A stretch of 64,000 nucleotides of DNA, from the NCBI GenBank assembly GCA_009784025.1, contig WQVK01000004.1, positions 13,903 through 77,902 on the forward strand, given 5' to 3'. The stretch comes from Defluviitaleaceae bacterium (GTDB lineage: Bacteria; Bacillota; Clostridia; Lachnospirales; WQUN01). The notes beneath the pieces were generated by a model. That model made no database searches and had not been told where the DNA came from. It saw only the letters and a program-made list of their open reading frames with translations. Both the position numbers and the translations under genes were made by a program. Shown piece by piece: positions 31,207-41,339 of this stretch; the stretch's first letter is position 1; the number at the start of each line of letters is the position of its first letter.

Positions 31207-32379
31207 ATGAACTGGAGACGTATAATTGCAGCAGGTACAGTGGCAGGTATGATTGCTATTACCGGATGCTCTACAAGCTTACCAGAAACAAACCAGGGAA
31301 ACAGGAACGGCCAGCGCGTAGTAGACGCAGCCAACCGCCGCCCAGACACCTACAGCACAACCCGTAACCGCGGCTTGTACAATGAAACTGGGCGAATTAC
31401 AAGAGGTATTCGCCGGGGATTAAGCAGGGCAGAAAGCCCAACCCGCAACCATAATGTAAACCGTTCGCTAAATATAGGCAGGCCAGATGCGCGCATAGGC
31501 ACGACTTACCGTGCGCCTGGTGTGGATTATGGCCGCACGCATGCCCTTGATAGTCGTGGCTTTGACACAGGCGTAACCACAACTGATAGCGCTATAGTGA
31601 ATAGCCGTGCCAACCGTGTAAATACGCAACGTAGCACAGCATTGCCAAAAATTAACCATAACCGCGCTAACGCAGGCAAAATGGCCGGCGATGTTACGCA
31701 AAGGAATGCTAAGCCAACCCGCAGCACAGCACCAAAAGCAACACATAATGTAACTCGCAGCACTGCGCCAAAAACAACGCATAACACCGGCGTAACCCGC
31801 AGCACTACACCAAAAGCCACACATAATGCGAATGTAACTCGCAGCACGGCACCAAAAACAACACATAACACCAAAGTAACCCGCAACAATGCAACAAAAA
31901 CAAACACTGTGCGTAACGAAATTACTAACAATACGCATAATTCTAGTATCCGTAGTAACCATGTTAACCCTTATGTGGTAAATCATCCTGCTACGGTTCA
32001 AACGAAAATGGCCAGCCGTTATGGGATGAACCTATACCAAAACCGTGCGGCAAGGCGTGACCAAGAACACAAGCGCATCAATGTATCCAGAACTGGCGGC
32101 CAACGTAAGCGTTACAACGAAGACGCGCCAAAGAATATGAACAAAACAGTGGCTGTAATGAACAGCGATGATGATATGGCCTTCTTTAAGAAGAAAGCAG
32201 AGCCGGAAGTACCAGCACCGCAAATGCCAGCACCAGAAGCGCCAACAACAATGCCAGCACCACGCACAATGCCAGCACCAGTTGGCGTGGCCTATTATGA
32301 CGACGATATGCCACCAGACGAATCACCAGAGGTGCAAATAGAAACTGTAAACCCGCAAGCAGCTTGGAATGGTAAATAA
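31207..32379 (+). CDS. Basic repeat-containing lipoprotein
   Basis: The start is MNWRR (GGGAGG 9 nt upstream) and the lipobox is AITGCS. It has five tandem ~14-aa units TRSTAPK(A/T)THN.., and the C-terminus is Pro-rich. Confidence 0.65.
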   Translation: MNWRRIIAAGTVAGMIAITGCSTSLPETNQGNRNGQRVVDAANRRPDTYSTTRNRGLYNETGRITRGIRRGLSRAESPTRNHNVNRSLNIGRPDARIGTTYRAPGVDYGRTHALDSRGFDTGVTTTDSAIVNSRANRVNTQRSTALPKINHNRANAGKMAGDVTQRNAKPTRSTAPKATHNVTRSTAPKTTHNTGVTRSTTPKATHNANVTRSTAPKTTHNTKVTRNNATKTNTVRNEITNNTHNSSIRSNHVNPYVVNHPATVQTKMASRYGMNLYQNRAARRDQEHKRINVSRTGGQRKRYNEDAPKNMNKTVAVMNSDDDMAFFKKKAEPEVPAPQMPAPEAPTTMPAPRTMPAPVGVAYYDDDMPPDESPEVQIETVNPQAAWNGK

Positions 32380-32657
32380 TAATTTTTAAGGAATAGGTAA
32401 TGCGGGGGATGAAAAACTTCAGCATTGGGGCGGGTTTGTTGCCCCGGTGCTGGAGTTTTGTTATTTGAGTGATGTTTTGTTTGTGAATGGTTATAAAATT
32501 TTTACCCCGCTTTTTTAAAAGCGGGCGGAGGATGTATCCGGTAAGCCTCTGGCGGTTTTAACCCCCAAATTTTTGACAAATTTAATGGATTATGCCTTGA
32601 AGCGATGTCGCGATTATGGTAGAGTTTAGGTGATTATTTGATGATTGGTAGGTAGTT

Positions 32658-34709
32658 ATGAACGATATAGAGCAGACATTTCATATACAGGCGGTTTTTT
32701 CGGATGAGACTAGGCAGTTTGTAAGCCCTTATGACCCAAAGCCTAGTGATGCAGTGCAAGTTAGGCTGCGTGTGGCCAGGGGGGATAAGGTTAGGGCATG
32801 GCTTCATGTTTGTGGTGAAGATGTGGATGCATTGGTTATGGAGAAAGAGCTTAGCGACGAGCTTTTTGATTATTATATGGCAGAGATTATTGCCCCGGCG
32901 CATCCAGTTAGGTATTACTATTCTTTGGAATTTGAGGGGCAGGTTTTTTATTATAATAAAATGGGGCTGACCCAGAGCTGCAACCATCATTTTGACTTTA
33001 GGCTTGTACCGGGCATGAGGCTGCCGGATTGGGCCAGGGGTGCAGTTATGTACCAAATTTTTGTGGATCGTTTTTACAATGGTGACAGCAGCAATGATGT
33101 GCTAAAGCATGAGTATGCCTATCTTGGCCGTACTGCAATGGCCATGGAATGGCATCAAGATGTGACCAATAGCGACTTCTGTAGCTTTTATGGCGGGGAT
33201 TTGCAGGGTGTTATGGATAAAATGGACTATTTAAAAGGCTTGGGAGTTGAGGTCGTTTACCTTAACCCAGTGTTTGTTTCCCCCAGCAGCCATAAATATG
33301 ATATCCAGGATTATGATTATATCGACCCGCATTATGGCGTGATAGTGGAAGATGAAGGCGAGGTGCTGCGTTTCGAGCGGGCCAACAATGAATACGCAAC
33401 CCGCTACCAAAAGCGCACCACCAGCCGTGCCAACCTGGACGCCAGCAACCAGCTTATGGCAGAATTTATAGAAAAAGCCCACGCCTATGGCATGAAGGTG
33501 ATTTTAGACGGGGTGTTTAACCATTGCGGCAGCTTCAATAAATGGCTGGATGTGCCGGGGTTTTATCGGCGTTCTGGCCAGGAGGCCGGGGCATACCATT
33601 CTAAGGATAGCCCGTATCATGATTATTTTTTGTGGCACGGGGATGAATGGCCGAACAATAGCGCATACGATGGCTGGTGGGGCAATGGCAACCACCCAAA
33701 GCTTAATTTTGAGGATTCTAAAGAGCTTTTTGACTATATCATTGAAGTGGGCAAAAAATGGGTATCCCCGCCCTATAATGCAGATGGCTGGCGGCTAGAT
33801 GTGGCCGCGGACCTTGGCCGCAGCCCTGAAATGAACCATAATTTTTGGCAAAAATTCCATGATGCAGTGAAGGCCGCCAACCCAGAGGCGATAATACTGG
33901 CAGAGCATTATGGCGACCCTTCCCATTGGCTAAACGGCAAGGAATGGGACACAATAATGAATTATGACGCTTTCATGGAGCCTATCACATGGTTTTTAAC
34001 CGGGGTTAACAAACATAGCGAAGAAAGCCGCCCTGCCCTAAAAGGCGACGCCATGACCTTCGAATGGGCCATGCGCTTCAATATGGCGCTGCTAAATGTA
34101 CATTCGCTGCAGGCGGCTATGAATCAGCTTTCTAACCACGACCATTCTCGTTTTTTAACCCGCACCAGCAGCAACACAGGCCGCCTGCATACCGTAGGTT
34201 CTCGCGCTGCAGAAATTGGCGTGAAAAAAAATATAATGATGGAAGCAGTAGTGTTCCAAATGACTTGGCCTGGCGCGCCCACAATCTACTACGGCGATGA
34301 AGCTGGCGCTATGGGCTGGACAGACCCAGATAACCGCCGCCCATTCCCATGGGGGCGGGAAGACGAAACCCTAATAGAGCTGCATAAATGCCTAATAAAC
34401 CTACGGAAAAACTACAGCGTGCTGCGCCATGGCTCGGTGGATTTCCTATGGAGCAGCCATGGCTTTATATCCTACGGCCGCTGGGATGAAAACGAGAAAA
34501 TTGTAGTAGCCATAAACAATAATAATAAGCCAATTGATGTGAAGCTGCCGGTATGGAAAATTGGCCTAAAAAACAGCCAGCTAACCCAACTTATTGTAAC
34601 AGGTGCGGGGACATTTTTTGAAACATCGCGGAAGCATCAAGTGGTGGAAGGTCAGGTAAATATACATGTTCCTGGGCATGGCGCGGTTGTGCTTGGGCAA
34701 ATAGTATAA
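32658..34709 (+). CDS. GH13 alpha-amylase-family enzyme (neopullulanase/cyclomaltodextrinase-like), cytoplasmic
   Basis: 683 aa. The conserved GH13 regions are DGVFNHCG, GWRLDVAAD, ILAEHYG and LSNHDHSRF. There is no signal peptide. Confidence 0.9.
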   Translation: MNDIEQTFHIQAVFSDETRQFVSPYDPKPSDAVQVRLRVARGDKVRAWLHVCGEDVDALVMEKELSDELFDYYMAEIIAPAHPVRYYYSLEFEGQVFYYNKMGLTQSCNHHFDFRLVPGMRLPDWARGAVMYQIFVDRFYNGDSSNDVLKHEYAYLGRTAMAMEWHQDVTNSDFCSFYGGDLQGVMDKMDYLKGLGVEVVYLNPVFVSPSSHKYDIQDYDYIDPHYGVIVEDEGEVLRFERANNEYATRYQKRTTSRANLDASNQLMAEFIEKAHAYGMKVILDGVFNHCGSFNKWLDVPGFYRRSGQEAGAYHSKDSPYHDYFLWHGDEWPNNSAYDGWWGNGNHPKLNFEDSKELFDYIIEVGKKWVSPPYNADGWRLDVAADLGRSPEMNHNFWQKFHDAVKAANPEAIILAEHYGDPSHWLNGKEWDTIMNYDAFMEPITWFLTGVNKHSEESRPALKGDAMTFEWAMRFNMALLNVHSLQAAMNQLSNHDHSRFLTRTSSNTGRLHTVGSRAAEIGVKKNIMMEAVVFQMTWPGAPTIYYGDEAGAMGWTDPDNRRPFPWGREDETLIELHKCLINLRKNYSVLRHGSVDFLWSSHGFISYGRWDENEKIVVAINNNNKPIDVKLPVWKIGLKNSQLTQLIVTGAGTFFETSRKHQVVEGQVNIHVPGHGAVVLGQIV

Positions 34710-34736
34710 GAAAAAACTTTTTAAAAAATTCAAAAT

Positions 34737-34773
34737 AAAATCAACTAATTACAAATTGTAATTAGTTGATTTT
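34737..34773 (+). terminator. Family-E hairpin AAAATCAACTAATTACAA-A-TTGTAATTAGTTGATTTT
   Basis: Lies 28 nt after the GH13 stop and shares its core with the copy at 21054. Confidence 0.65.
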
Positions 34774-34807
34774 GAAAATTTTAACCAGCTACGAAAGGGA
34801 GGCAATT

Positions 34808-36202
34808 ATGTTAAGCAAACAGCTAGTACAGGATGTTTTAAGCGCAGCCATAGCCACTGGGGGCGATATGGCAGAAATTTTTGTAGAAAACACAGTTAAG
34901 GATTCCATTACCATGGTAAACAAGCAAGTGGAAAAGGCTAACTGGGGCGTGGATGCAGGGCTTGGGCTGCGGATTATTTTTGGCACAAGCGCGGTGTATG
35001 CCTACACCAATAACACCAGCCGTGACAGCCTTATGAAACTGGCCAAAGACGCATCAGCAGCGGTAAAAGCCAGCATAAAAGGCGAGGCAGGCACCACTCA
35101 AGTTATCGCCAACATGCAGGAAGTAAAATTTGCAGACAGTATGCTAATTTCCCCAGAGAAGATAGGCAAAAAAGCCATTGCAGACGCGTTGCGGGCCAGC
35201 GCATTAGCTTCCTACGAATACGACCCCCTTATAACCCAGACATTTGGATACTACGGCCATTCTGTACAAGATGTGCTGATAGCCAACACCATGGGCGTAT
35301 GGGCAGAAGACAGCCGAATAACCACCCGCGTAGGCCTGCAAGCTGTGGCCTCTGAAGGTGACGAAAAACAAACCGGCGGCAAAAACCCCGGCGCAAAAGG
35401 TGGCTACGAATTTATAGAATCCTTAGACTTTGCGGCAATAGGTCGGGAAGCCGCCAAAACCGCTGTAACAGCCTTAAAGGCAGACCTTTGCCCAAGCGGG
35501 CGTATGCCAGTTGTGATAGACAATGGCTTTGGCGGGGTAATTTTCCACGAAGCCTGTGCCCATAGCCTAGAAGCCACCTCTGTGGCCAAGAAGGCCTCTG
35601 TTTTCACCGATAAAATGGGCCAGCAAATAGCCAACCCTCTAGTTAACGCTGTAGACGATGGCACAATCCAGGGTGAATGGGGTAGCCTAAACATCGACGA
35701 CGAAGGCGGCAAAACCCGCCGCAATATACTGATAGAAAACGGAATATTAAAATCTTTCATGGTGGATTATTTAAACGGCCTTAAAATGGGTATGCCATCC
35801 ACAGGCAGCGCCCGCCGCCAAAACTACCGCTACGCACCCACCTCCCGCATGACCAACACATATATCCTGCCCGGCAGCGACAAGCCCGAGGCCATAATAT
35901 CCGACACCCCATATGGCCTGTACGCCAAGCAAATGGGCGGCGGCTCTGTAGACCCAGCCTCTGGTGATTTTAACTTTGCCGTAACCGAGGCATATATGAT
36001 ACGAGGCGGCAAAATAGCCGAGCCGGTGCGTGGCGCGACCCTAATTGGCAAAGGCCACGAAGTTCTGATGGATATAGACCGTGTGGCAGATAATTTTGCC
36101 GCAGAGCAAGGTGTCTGCGGCAGCATAAGCGGCGGCGTGCCAACCAATGTGGGGCAGCCCATGATACGTGTAAAAGAAATGACAGTGGGAGGCAGAGTAT
36201 GA
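34808..36202 (+). CDS. tldD: TldD-family metalloprotease
   Basis: The start MLSKQ has AAGGGAGG upstream. It carries the motif HEACAHSLE (HExxxH) and a Gly-rich C-terminus. Confidence 0.9.
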   Translation: MLSKQLVQDVLSAAIATGGDMAEIFVENTVKDSITMVNKQVEKANWGVDAGLGLRIIFGTSAVYAYTNNTSRDSLMKLAKDASAAVKASIKGEAGTTQVIANMQEVKFADSMLISPEKIGKKAIADALRASALASYEYDPLITQTFGYYGHSVQDVLIANTMGVWAEDSRITTRVGLQAVASEGDEKQTGGKNPGAKGGYEFIESLDFAAIGREAAKTAVTALKADLCPSGRMPVVIDNGFGGVIFHEACAHSLEATSVAKKASVFTDKMGQQIANPLVNAVDDGTIQGEWGSLNIDDEGGKTRRNILIENGILKSFMVDYLNGLKMGMPSTGSARRQNYRYAPTSRMTNTYILPGSDKPEAIISDTPYGLYAKQMGGGSVDPASGDFNFAVTEAYMIRGGKIAEPVRGATLIGKGHEVLMDIDRVADNFAAEQGVCGSISGGVPTNVGQPMIRVKEMTVGGRV

Positions 36203-37542
36203 TGTTTGATATTTTCCGCGAAAAGGTATTTGCCAAGGCCAAAGAGAAGGGCTTTGAAGATTACGAGCTATATTATTCCGCCGGCGATAGCTTCTCTGTG
36301 CGGGTTTTCGATGGCGAGATAGCCGAATATAAAAACTCCGCAAGTGAAGGCGCAGGCTTCCGAGGCACCTACAAAGGCAAAATGGGCTACGCCTACACAG
36401 AAAAACTAGACGAAGCCCTAATAGACCAGCTTCTGGCCAACGCCGCAGACAACGCCACCGTAATAGAAGACGAAGATGTAGAAAAACTCTACCCAGGCGA
36501 CCCAAGCTACCCGGAATGCATCACATACAACCCGGCCCTAAACAACGTCACCGCAGACCAAAAAATCCAGTGGGCGCTAGACATGGAGGCCTATGCAAAA
36601 AGCCTAGACTCACGGGTAAAAATGGCAGATTATTGCACAATCTACACCAACGAGGGCAGCATAGCTATGGCCAACTCCCATGGCTTAAACCTAGACGCCA
36701 AGTACAACACCGCCTACGCCTATCTCATTGCCCGGGTGGAAGAAAACGGCATAACCAAAAGCGGCTACAACTTCTGGGTAGGGCGCGATTTCGCAGCCTT
36801 CGACTATAAGAAGCTGGTAAAAGAAGCAGTGGATATGGCGATAAGCTACCTAGGTGCAGAATCCATCCCCACAGGGGAATACCCAATAATATTCACCAAC
36901 CGCTCTGCCCGCGAGATTTTTGGCGTGTTCACCAGCGTTTTTATTGCAGAAATGGGCCAGAAAGGCTTCTCGTTACTAAATAAATCCCGCCTGGGCGAAA
37001 AAATAGCCGCAGCCAATATCACTCTCCGTGATGACGGCATTCACCCAAGCAGCTTCGACAACAAAGGCTTCGACGCAGAAGGCGTGGCCACCCAGCAAAA
37101 AGCCATAATAGAAAACGGCGAACTAAAAACCCTGCTATACAACACAAAAGCTGCCGCCAAAGACGGCGTGAAATCCACAGGCAACGCCGCAAAACAGGGC
37201 TTCGGCGGCGCAATCACCACCTCGCCAATAAACTTCTACCTACAGCCGGGAGAGAAATCCTACCAGGATATCATAGCCGGGGTTAGCAGTGGCGTAATCA
37301 TAACAGAGCTGGCAGGGCTGCATTCTGGCGCAAATGCCGTAAGTGGCGATTTCTCCTTCTCTGCAGATGGTTTCTTAGTGGAGAACGGCAAAATAGTGAA
37401 ACCCGTGGAACAAATAACCGTAGCAGGCAATTTCTTCGATATGCTAAAAAATATCACCACCGTGGGTAGCGATTTAGAATTTGAGGGCAACATCGGTATG
37501 CCATCGCTGCTGGTGCAAGGCCTGGCGGTAGCTGGTATGTAA
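36199..37542 (+). CDS. pmbA: PmbA/TldE-family protein
   Basis: 447 aa with a 4-nt overlap with tldD. It is a TldD/PmbA-fold sequence lacking HExxxH. Confidence 0.88.
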   Translation: MMFDIFREKVFAKAKEKGFEDYELYYSAGDSFSVRVFDGEIAEYKNSASEGAGFRGTYKGKMGYAYTEKLDEALIDQLLANAADNATVIEDEDVEKLYPGDPSYPECITYNPALNNVTADQKIQWALDMEAYAKSLDSRVKMADYCTIYTNEGSIAMANSHGLNLDAKYNTAYAYLIARVEENGITKSGYNFWVGRDFAAFDYKKLVKEAVDMAISYLGAESIPTGEYPIIFTNRSAREIFGVFTSVFIAEMGQKGFSLLNKSRLGEKIAAANITLRDDGIHPSSFDNKGFDAEGVATQQKAIIENGELKTLLYNTKAAAKDGVKSTGNAAKQGFGGAITTSPINFYLQPGEKSYQDIIAGVSSGVIITELAGLHSGANAVSGDFSFSADGFLVENGKIVKPVEQITVAGNFFDMLKNITTVGSDLEFEGNIGMPSLLVQGLAVAGM

Positions 37543-37580
37543 CGCATATCCCCGCCATCAAAATGAGAGGGAATATACAA

Positions 37581-38060
37581 ATGACAACCATAAAATACGC
37601 ATCCCCAGTGGGCGAAATCCTACTAACCGCCCAAGACGATGCCCTAACACAGCTATACTTTGTAGGCGGTAGAACCACTCCCGCAACCCTACAATGCGGC
37701 AACCAAAACCCGCAAGACATGGCAATACTAAAAGAAGCTAAATCCCAACTAGAAGCCTACTTTGCCAAAAAACTAAAGGAATTCTCCTTACCACTAAACC
37801 CAAACGGCACAGCTTTTCGCAAAAAAGTATGGGAAGCCTTATGTACCATAGGATACGGCCAAGCAATAAGCTACAAAGAGCTCGCCCAGCGCATAAACAA
37901 CCCCAAGGCCATCCGGGCAGTGGGCGGCGCCAACCACAACAACCCCATAAGCATAATCATCCCATGCCACAGGGTTATAGGCGCGGATGGCAAGCTAGTA
38001 GGCTACGGCGGTGGGCTACATGTGAAAGAATTTCTGCTTGGGCTGGAGGGCTGGAAGTAG
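37581..38060 (+). CDS. ogt: Methylated-DNA--protein-cysteine methyltransferase
   Basis: The active site is IIIPCHRVIG. The start was chosen at the second ATG for RBS spacing; 37563 is also possible. Confidence 0.9.
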   Translation: MTTIKYASPVGEILLTAQDDALTQLYFVGGRTTPATLQCGNQNPQDMAILKEAKSQLEAYFAKKLKEFSLPLNPNGTAFRKKVWEALCTIGYGQAISYKELAQRINNPKAIRAVGGANHNNPISIIIPCHRVIGADGKLVGYGGGLHVKEFLLGLEGWK

Positions 38061-38169
38061 ATTGATGCCGCGGGTTTTGCTCACATCCGCGCTCCTTTTA
38101 TAAGATCCGATTTTTTTCGGGTTATAGTGAAATCAATATGGCGAAGCTGTTTTAGCTTTGCGTTTGTGG

Positions 38170-38202
38170 ATTCAGTTGGTCGGATTTTCCGACCAACTGA
38201 AT
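38170..38202. repeat. Family-A hairpin ATTCAGTTGGTCGG-ATTTT-CCGACCAACTGAAT
   Basis: Identical stem to the other copies, followed 12 nt later by a family-B element. Confidence 0.75.
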
Positions 38203-38214
38203 TTTTTGCTAAAA

Positions 38215-38329
38215 TGTAGTGAAACAATTCGAAATCGGTCTCGCCTGGCGCAGTAAAAACCTCTGAAACGTTTTGTCTCGGTGTTTCATGTGCCGCCTGG
38301 GCAGACCGATTTCGAATTGTTTCACTATA
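38215..38329 (-). mobile_element. Family-B element (both arms of the CGAAATCGG type)
   Basis: The sequence is TGTAGTGAAACAATTCGAAATCGGTCTCGCC....GGGCAGACCGATTTCGAATTGTTTCACTATA. Confidence 0.8.
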
Positions 38330-38441
38330 TAATACAAAATAATATGCCGTAAGAATGCGACCATTCGGGTCAAATTCTCACGGCATATTACTTCGTTAAT
38401 AAGAAACTCATAATGTTAAAGTTTCAGCGGTTTTATATCAT

Positions 38442-39422
38442 TTAAAACAAGTCGCCCATGTCTGTGAAACCATCAATGTAGGCTGGGAATGTTACTGTTA
38501 CGCCGCCTAGTTGTAGGTATTCTGTGAAGGATATCATTTCCATGAATACTGTTTCGCCTTCTATTGTCATGGTCATGTCCATTAGCATGCCCATGTCTAC
38601 CAGCGCACCGTCTGCATCTACAAACATGCCGAATAGGGTTTCGCCTATTTCTATTTCGAAAGCATCGTCGGATAAGTCGCCTATTAGGGCGCCCATCATG
38701 TCTAACATTTCGTTAAGCATGTCGTCGAAGCCCACTACTGTAAACTCAATTTCGTAGCCGCCGTCTATTGGAGTTACGATGTAGTCTTGAATCATGTCCA
38801 TGGTGAAGGTGTTAAAGTCTGAACCAACCATGCTAAGCACTTCTTCAAGTGGTAATGGCATGCGGATGCCTTCTTCGCGTGGTAGGTCCATGGATTCGCC
38901 TGTCATATACATATAGCCATCGCGGAAGAATGTTGAGTAGGATGTTTGGCCAAGGATACCCATATCCATTACGGAATCCATTTGCATAAGGAGTTCTGTT
39001 GGGCTTAGCATTTCCATAGAAATTTCCATTTCCATTGTTATTTCAATTTCTTCGCCCATTATGTCCATAAACATCCACACGATTGTGTTGAAAGCCATTG
39101 AGTCAACTTCGTCTAGCATTGCAAATGCGTGTTGGTACATTTCGAAGGCTGTTAGGCCTGCGGCTGGTACTGCATCTGGTGTGGCTGTTGCATCTGGGGT
39201 AGGTGTTGCGGCTGGTGTAGGTTCTGCTGTTGGTTCTTGTGTTGGTTCAGCGGTAGGTTCTGCAGTAGTGGCTACAGTCTCTACTGTAGGCTCTACGGCT
39301 GGGCTTGGTTGCGCTACTGGCGTCGGGTCTACCACGGCTGTGGTCTCTTCTGCGCCGTTACTACATGCAGCAAAAGTCGCCCCCATAACCAAAAGCATTG
39401 CAAAAATTAGAATTTTTTTCAT
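38442..39422 (-). CDS. Met/Asp/Glu-rich lipoprotein, unknown function
   Basis: The lipobox is FAACS, followed by a Thr/Pro/Ala/Glu linker and a ~230-aa domain unusually rich in Met (MDIMGEEIEITMEMEISMEML..). Confidence 0.7.
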   Translation of the reverse strand: MKKILIFAMLLVMGATFAACSNGAEETTAVVDPTPVAQPSPAVEPTVETVATTAEPTAEPTQEPTAEPTPAATPTPDATATPDAVPAAGLTAFEMYQHAFAMLDEVDSMAFNTIVWMFMDIMGEEIEITMEMEISMEMLSPTELLMQMDSVMDMGILGQTSYSTFFRDGYMYMTGESMDLPREEGIRMPLPLEEVLSMVGSDFNTFTMDMIQDYIVTPIDGGYEIEFTVVGFDDMLNEMLDMMGALIGDLSDDAFEIEIGETLFGMFVDADGALVDMGMLMDMTMTIEGETVFMEMISFTEYLQLGGVTVTFPAYIDGFTDMGDLF

Positions 39423-39476
39423 TTTAATCCTCCTCTTCTTTTTTTAGGGCACAATTTCTGCACCCAAGGAAATATT

Positions 39477-40517
39477 CTATGATAAAGACGGTGGATTGTC
39501 AATGGTTAAATAAGGGCGGCGGGGCCGTTTCTCATTTATTTCACTATAAATCGCTTTCAGCAGGGTGCTGTTTTCGTCATCCATGGAGTATTCCCAGAAC
39601 ATGATGCCTGCTAGATTTTTTTCGTGTACGTATTTTGCTTTGGCCGCCAGTGATCTTGGGCTGTCGTAACTGAAGAATTCTCGGGTTTGGCTGTTGTAGG
39701 CGAAGGCGGTTTCTGCGGCTGGGTCGTATTGTTCGCCGAAGGCTTTTGCTTTGGCGGCAGATTCTGCATGGCCCCGGTCGTGTTTTGGTGGGGATTTTAT
39801 GGCTGCGCCTGGGTGGCCGTCTACATCGTGATAGCATTGGGCGTAGAAGCCTGCGCCCAGTACGAGTTTTTCTGGGGGCGCGCCTGCGGCCAGGTAGCGG
39901 TTTATGGCGGCGTCGCCAGAGGTGGCGTTGGTTGTGGTGGAAAATAGGGCGGTGTGGTAGCCGACTTTATCCCAGGGGCACATGTCGTAGGTCATGATAT
40001 TTATGCAGTCGAGTTCCTGCACTAAGGCAGGGATATCCAGGTTGTCTACACAGGATTGCATCGCGCCGCCCGCCATAGACAGATGCATTTGCGGCCCAAG
40101 CTTTTGGCGAAGTAGCTTCACCCATGCGGTGTAATTATCCTTGTCTTGCAGGCTGGCTTCTATGCCGGCCATGTCTAGCCCGGGGAATTCCCAGTCTAGG
40201 TCCGCGCCGTCGAAGCAGTGTTTGTTTATTATATCCACGTAGCTTTGGGCCAGCTTTTCGCGCCCGGCGGCGGTGGCCACAGCCGGGGAAAATCCCCCCG
40301 CACCCCAGCCGCCTATGGATAGGATGATTTTTACAGGGCCTTTGTTTTGGATTAAGGCCTGTAATGCGTCTATGTTTTTCCAATGGTCAATGCTGGCCGC
40401 GCCATCTTTAACTATGGCAAACGAGACGATAACATGGGTTAGCCTGTCCATGTCACCAGGGCGGAAAGTCAGGTTGTTTAGCCGCCATTGTGCCAGGTAG
40501 GCTGTGATTGTTTTCAT
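39477..40517 (-). CDS. GH18 chitinase-like glycoside hydrolase, no signal peptide
   Basis: The catalytic motif is FDGADLDWEFPG. The start is at MKTITAY (AGGAGG upstream). The ORF-track N-terminal extension is repeat-encoded, and the last ~22 codons come from a family-B terminus. Confidence 0.8.
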   Translation of the reverse strand: MKTITAYLAQWRLNNLTFRPGDMDRLTHVIVSFAIVKDGAASIDHWKNIDALQALIQNKGPVKIILSIGGWGAGGFSPAVATAAGREKLAQSYVDIINKHCFDGADLDWEFPGLDMAGIEASLQDKDNYTAWVKLLRQKLGPQMHLSMAGGAMQSCVDNLDIPALVQELDCINIMTYDMCPWDKVGYHTALFSTTTNATSGDAAINRYLAAGAPPEKLVLGAGFYAQCYHDVDGHPGAAIKSPPKHDRGHAESAAKAKAFGEQYDPAAETAFAYNSQTREFFSYDSPRSLAAKAKYVHEKNLAGIMFWEYSMDDENSTLLKAIYSEINEKRPRRPYLTIDNPPSLS

Positions 40518-40547
40518 AAGAAATCCTCCTTTTTTGGTTGGGCTAAA

Positions 40548-40580
40548 CTTCAGTTGGTCGCAAATTGCGACCAACTGAAG
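40548..40580. repeat. Family-A hairpin variant CTTCAGTTGGTCGC-AAATT-GCGACCAACTGAAG
   Basis: The stem position GG/CC is changed to GC/GC on both arms, a compensatory change. Confidence 0.7.
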
Positions 40581-40607
40581 TTTTTCATGAGATGTTTTCG
40601 GTTCCTG

Positions 40608-40721
40608 TATAGTGAAATAATTCAAAGACGGTCTCGCCTGTTGCGACAAAAACGCCTGAAACACCTTATCTTGGCGTTTAATGTGCCGCTGGCGAGACCG
40701 TTTCTCATTCAGTTCGCTATA
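40608..40721 (-). mobile_element. Family-B element, reverse orientation
   Basis: The sequence is TATAGTGAAATAATTCAAAGACGGTCTCGCC..CCTGAAACACCTTATCTTGGCGTTTAATG..GGCGAGACCGTTTCTCATTCAGTTCGCTATA. Confidence 0.8.
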
Positions 40722-40829
40722 GCGAACTGCCCTCAAAAACAGTAGAAATAAAGCGATTCAACCCCAGCCCACGCGGCCCGCACGGCAAAAACTGGCCGCG
40801 GGGCATAAATAAACGCCCCGCACTACACG

Positions 40830-41339
40830 CTAGCGGAGTGGCCCGCCGCCAGGCGCGTTGCAGGCGCGAAGGGCGTCGGCTACGTTGCTGCAATCTGTGG
40901 CTTGAAAGTCACGGATTAGGTTGTCGCTGTGGGGGATGAAGCGTAGTTTTGACTTTTTTTTGTATATGGCTATGGCTTGGTCTAGTATTTTTATGGATGC
41001 GAAGTCTATCATTTCTTGTGGGGGGGTGGTAAGTAGGGATATGAAGGGGCTGATTGCCGATATTTTTGCAATATAGGCCTCGTCTATAGTATGTGGTGTG
41101 ATTGGGGCGGGGGATAGTATCTGGTTGGCCAGCCAGGCTGTGCGTAGGCCGGCAAATGGGTTGCTAAGTAAAGTCGCGCCCTGGCGGACAGCGGCTTTGG
41201 TTGCATTAAGTACAGCCATGCTGCTGGAAGTTATTGATACGATTTCCACCATGGCGTCATCCGAAAGCTGAATTAGCCTATTTCTCTCTAGAATTTCTTC
41301 TAGCGTCGGGTTATTTGAGTAGATTGGATAGATAATCAT
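40830..41339 (-). CDS. Hypothetical protein (169 aa), translationally coupled to crh
   Basis: An ATGA overlap links it to the crh stop. I recognise no motif. Confidence 0.5.
   Translation of the reverse strand: MIIYPIYSNNPTLEEILERNRLIQLSDDAMVEIVSITSSSMAVLNATKAAVRQGATLLSNPFAGLRTAWLANQILSPAPITPHTIDEAYIAKISAISPFISLLTTPPQEMIDFASIKILDQAIAIYKKKSKLRFIPHSDNLIRDFQATDCSNVADALRACNAPGGGPLR

Noticed and set aside
31397-32425. Several minus-strand ORFs (61-177 aa) with Cys/Val-rich repeats.
   Set aside because: They are antisense images of the tandem-repeat lipoprotein gene.
40518-40736. 73-codon N-terminal extension of the GH18 ORF.
   Set aside because: It runs through family-A and family-B repeats. 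The internal Met at 40517 has AGGAGG upstream and begins the GH18 fold.
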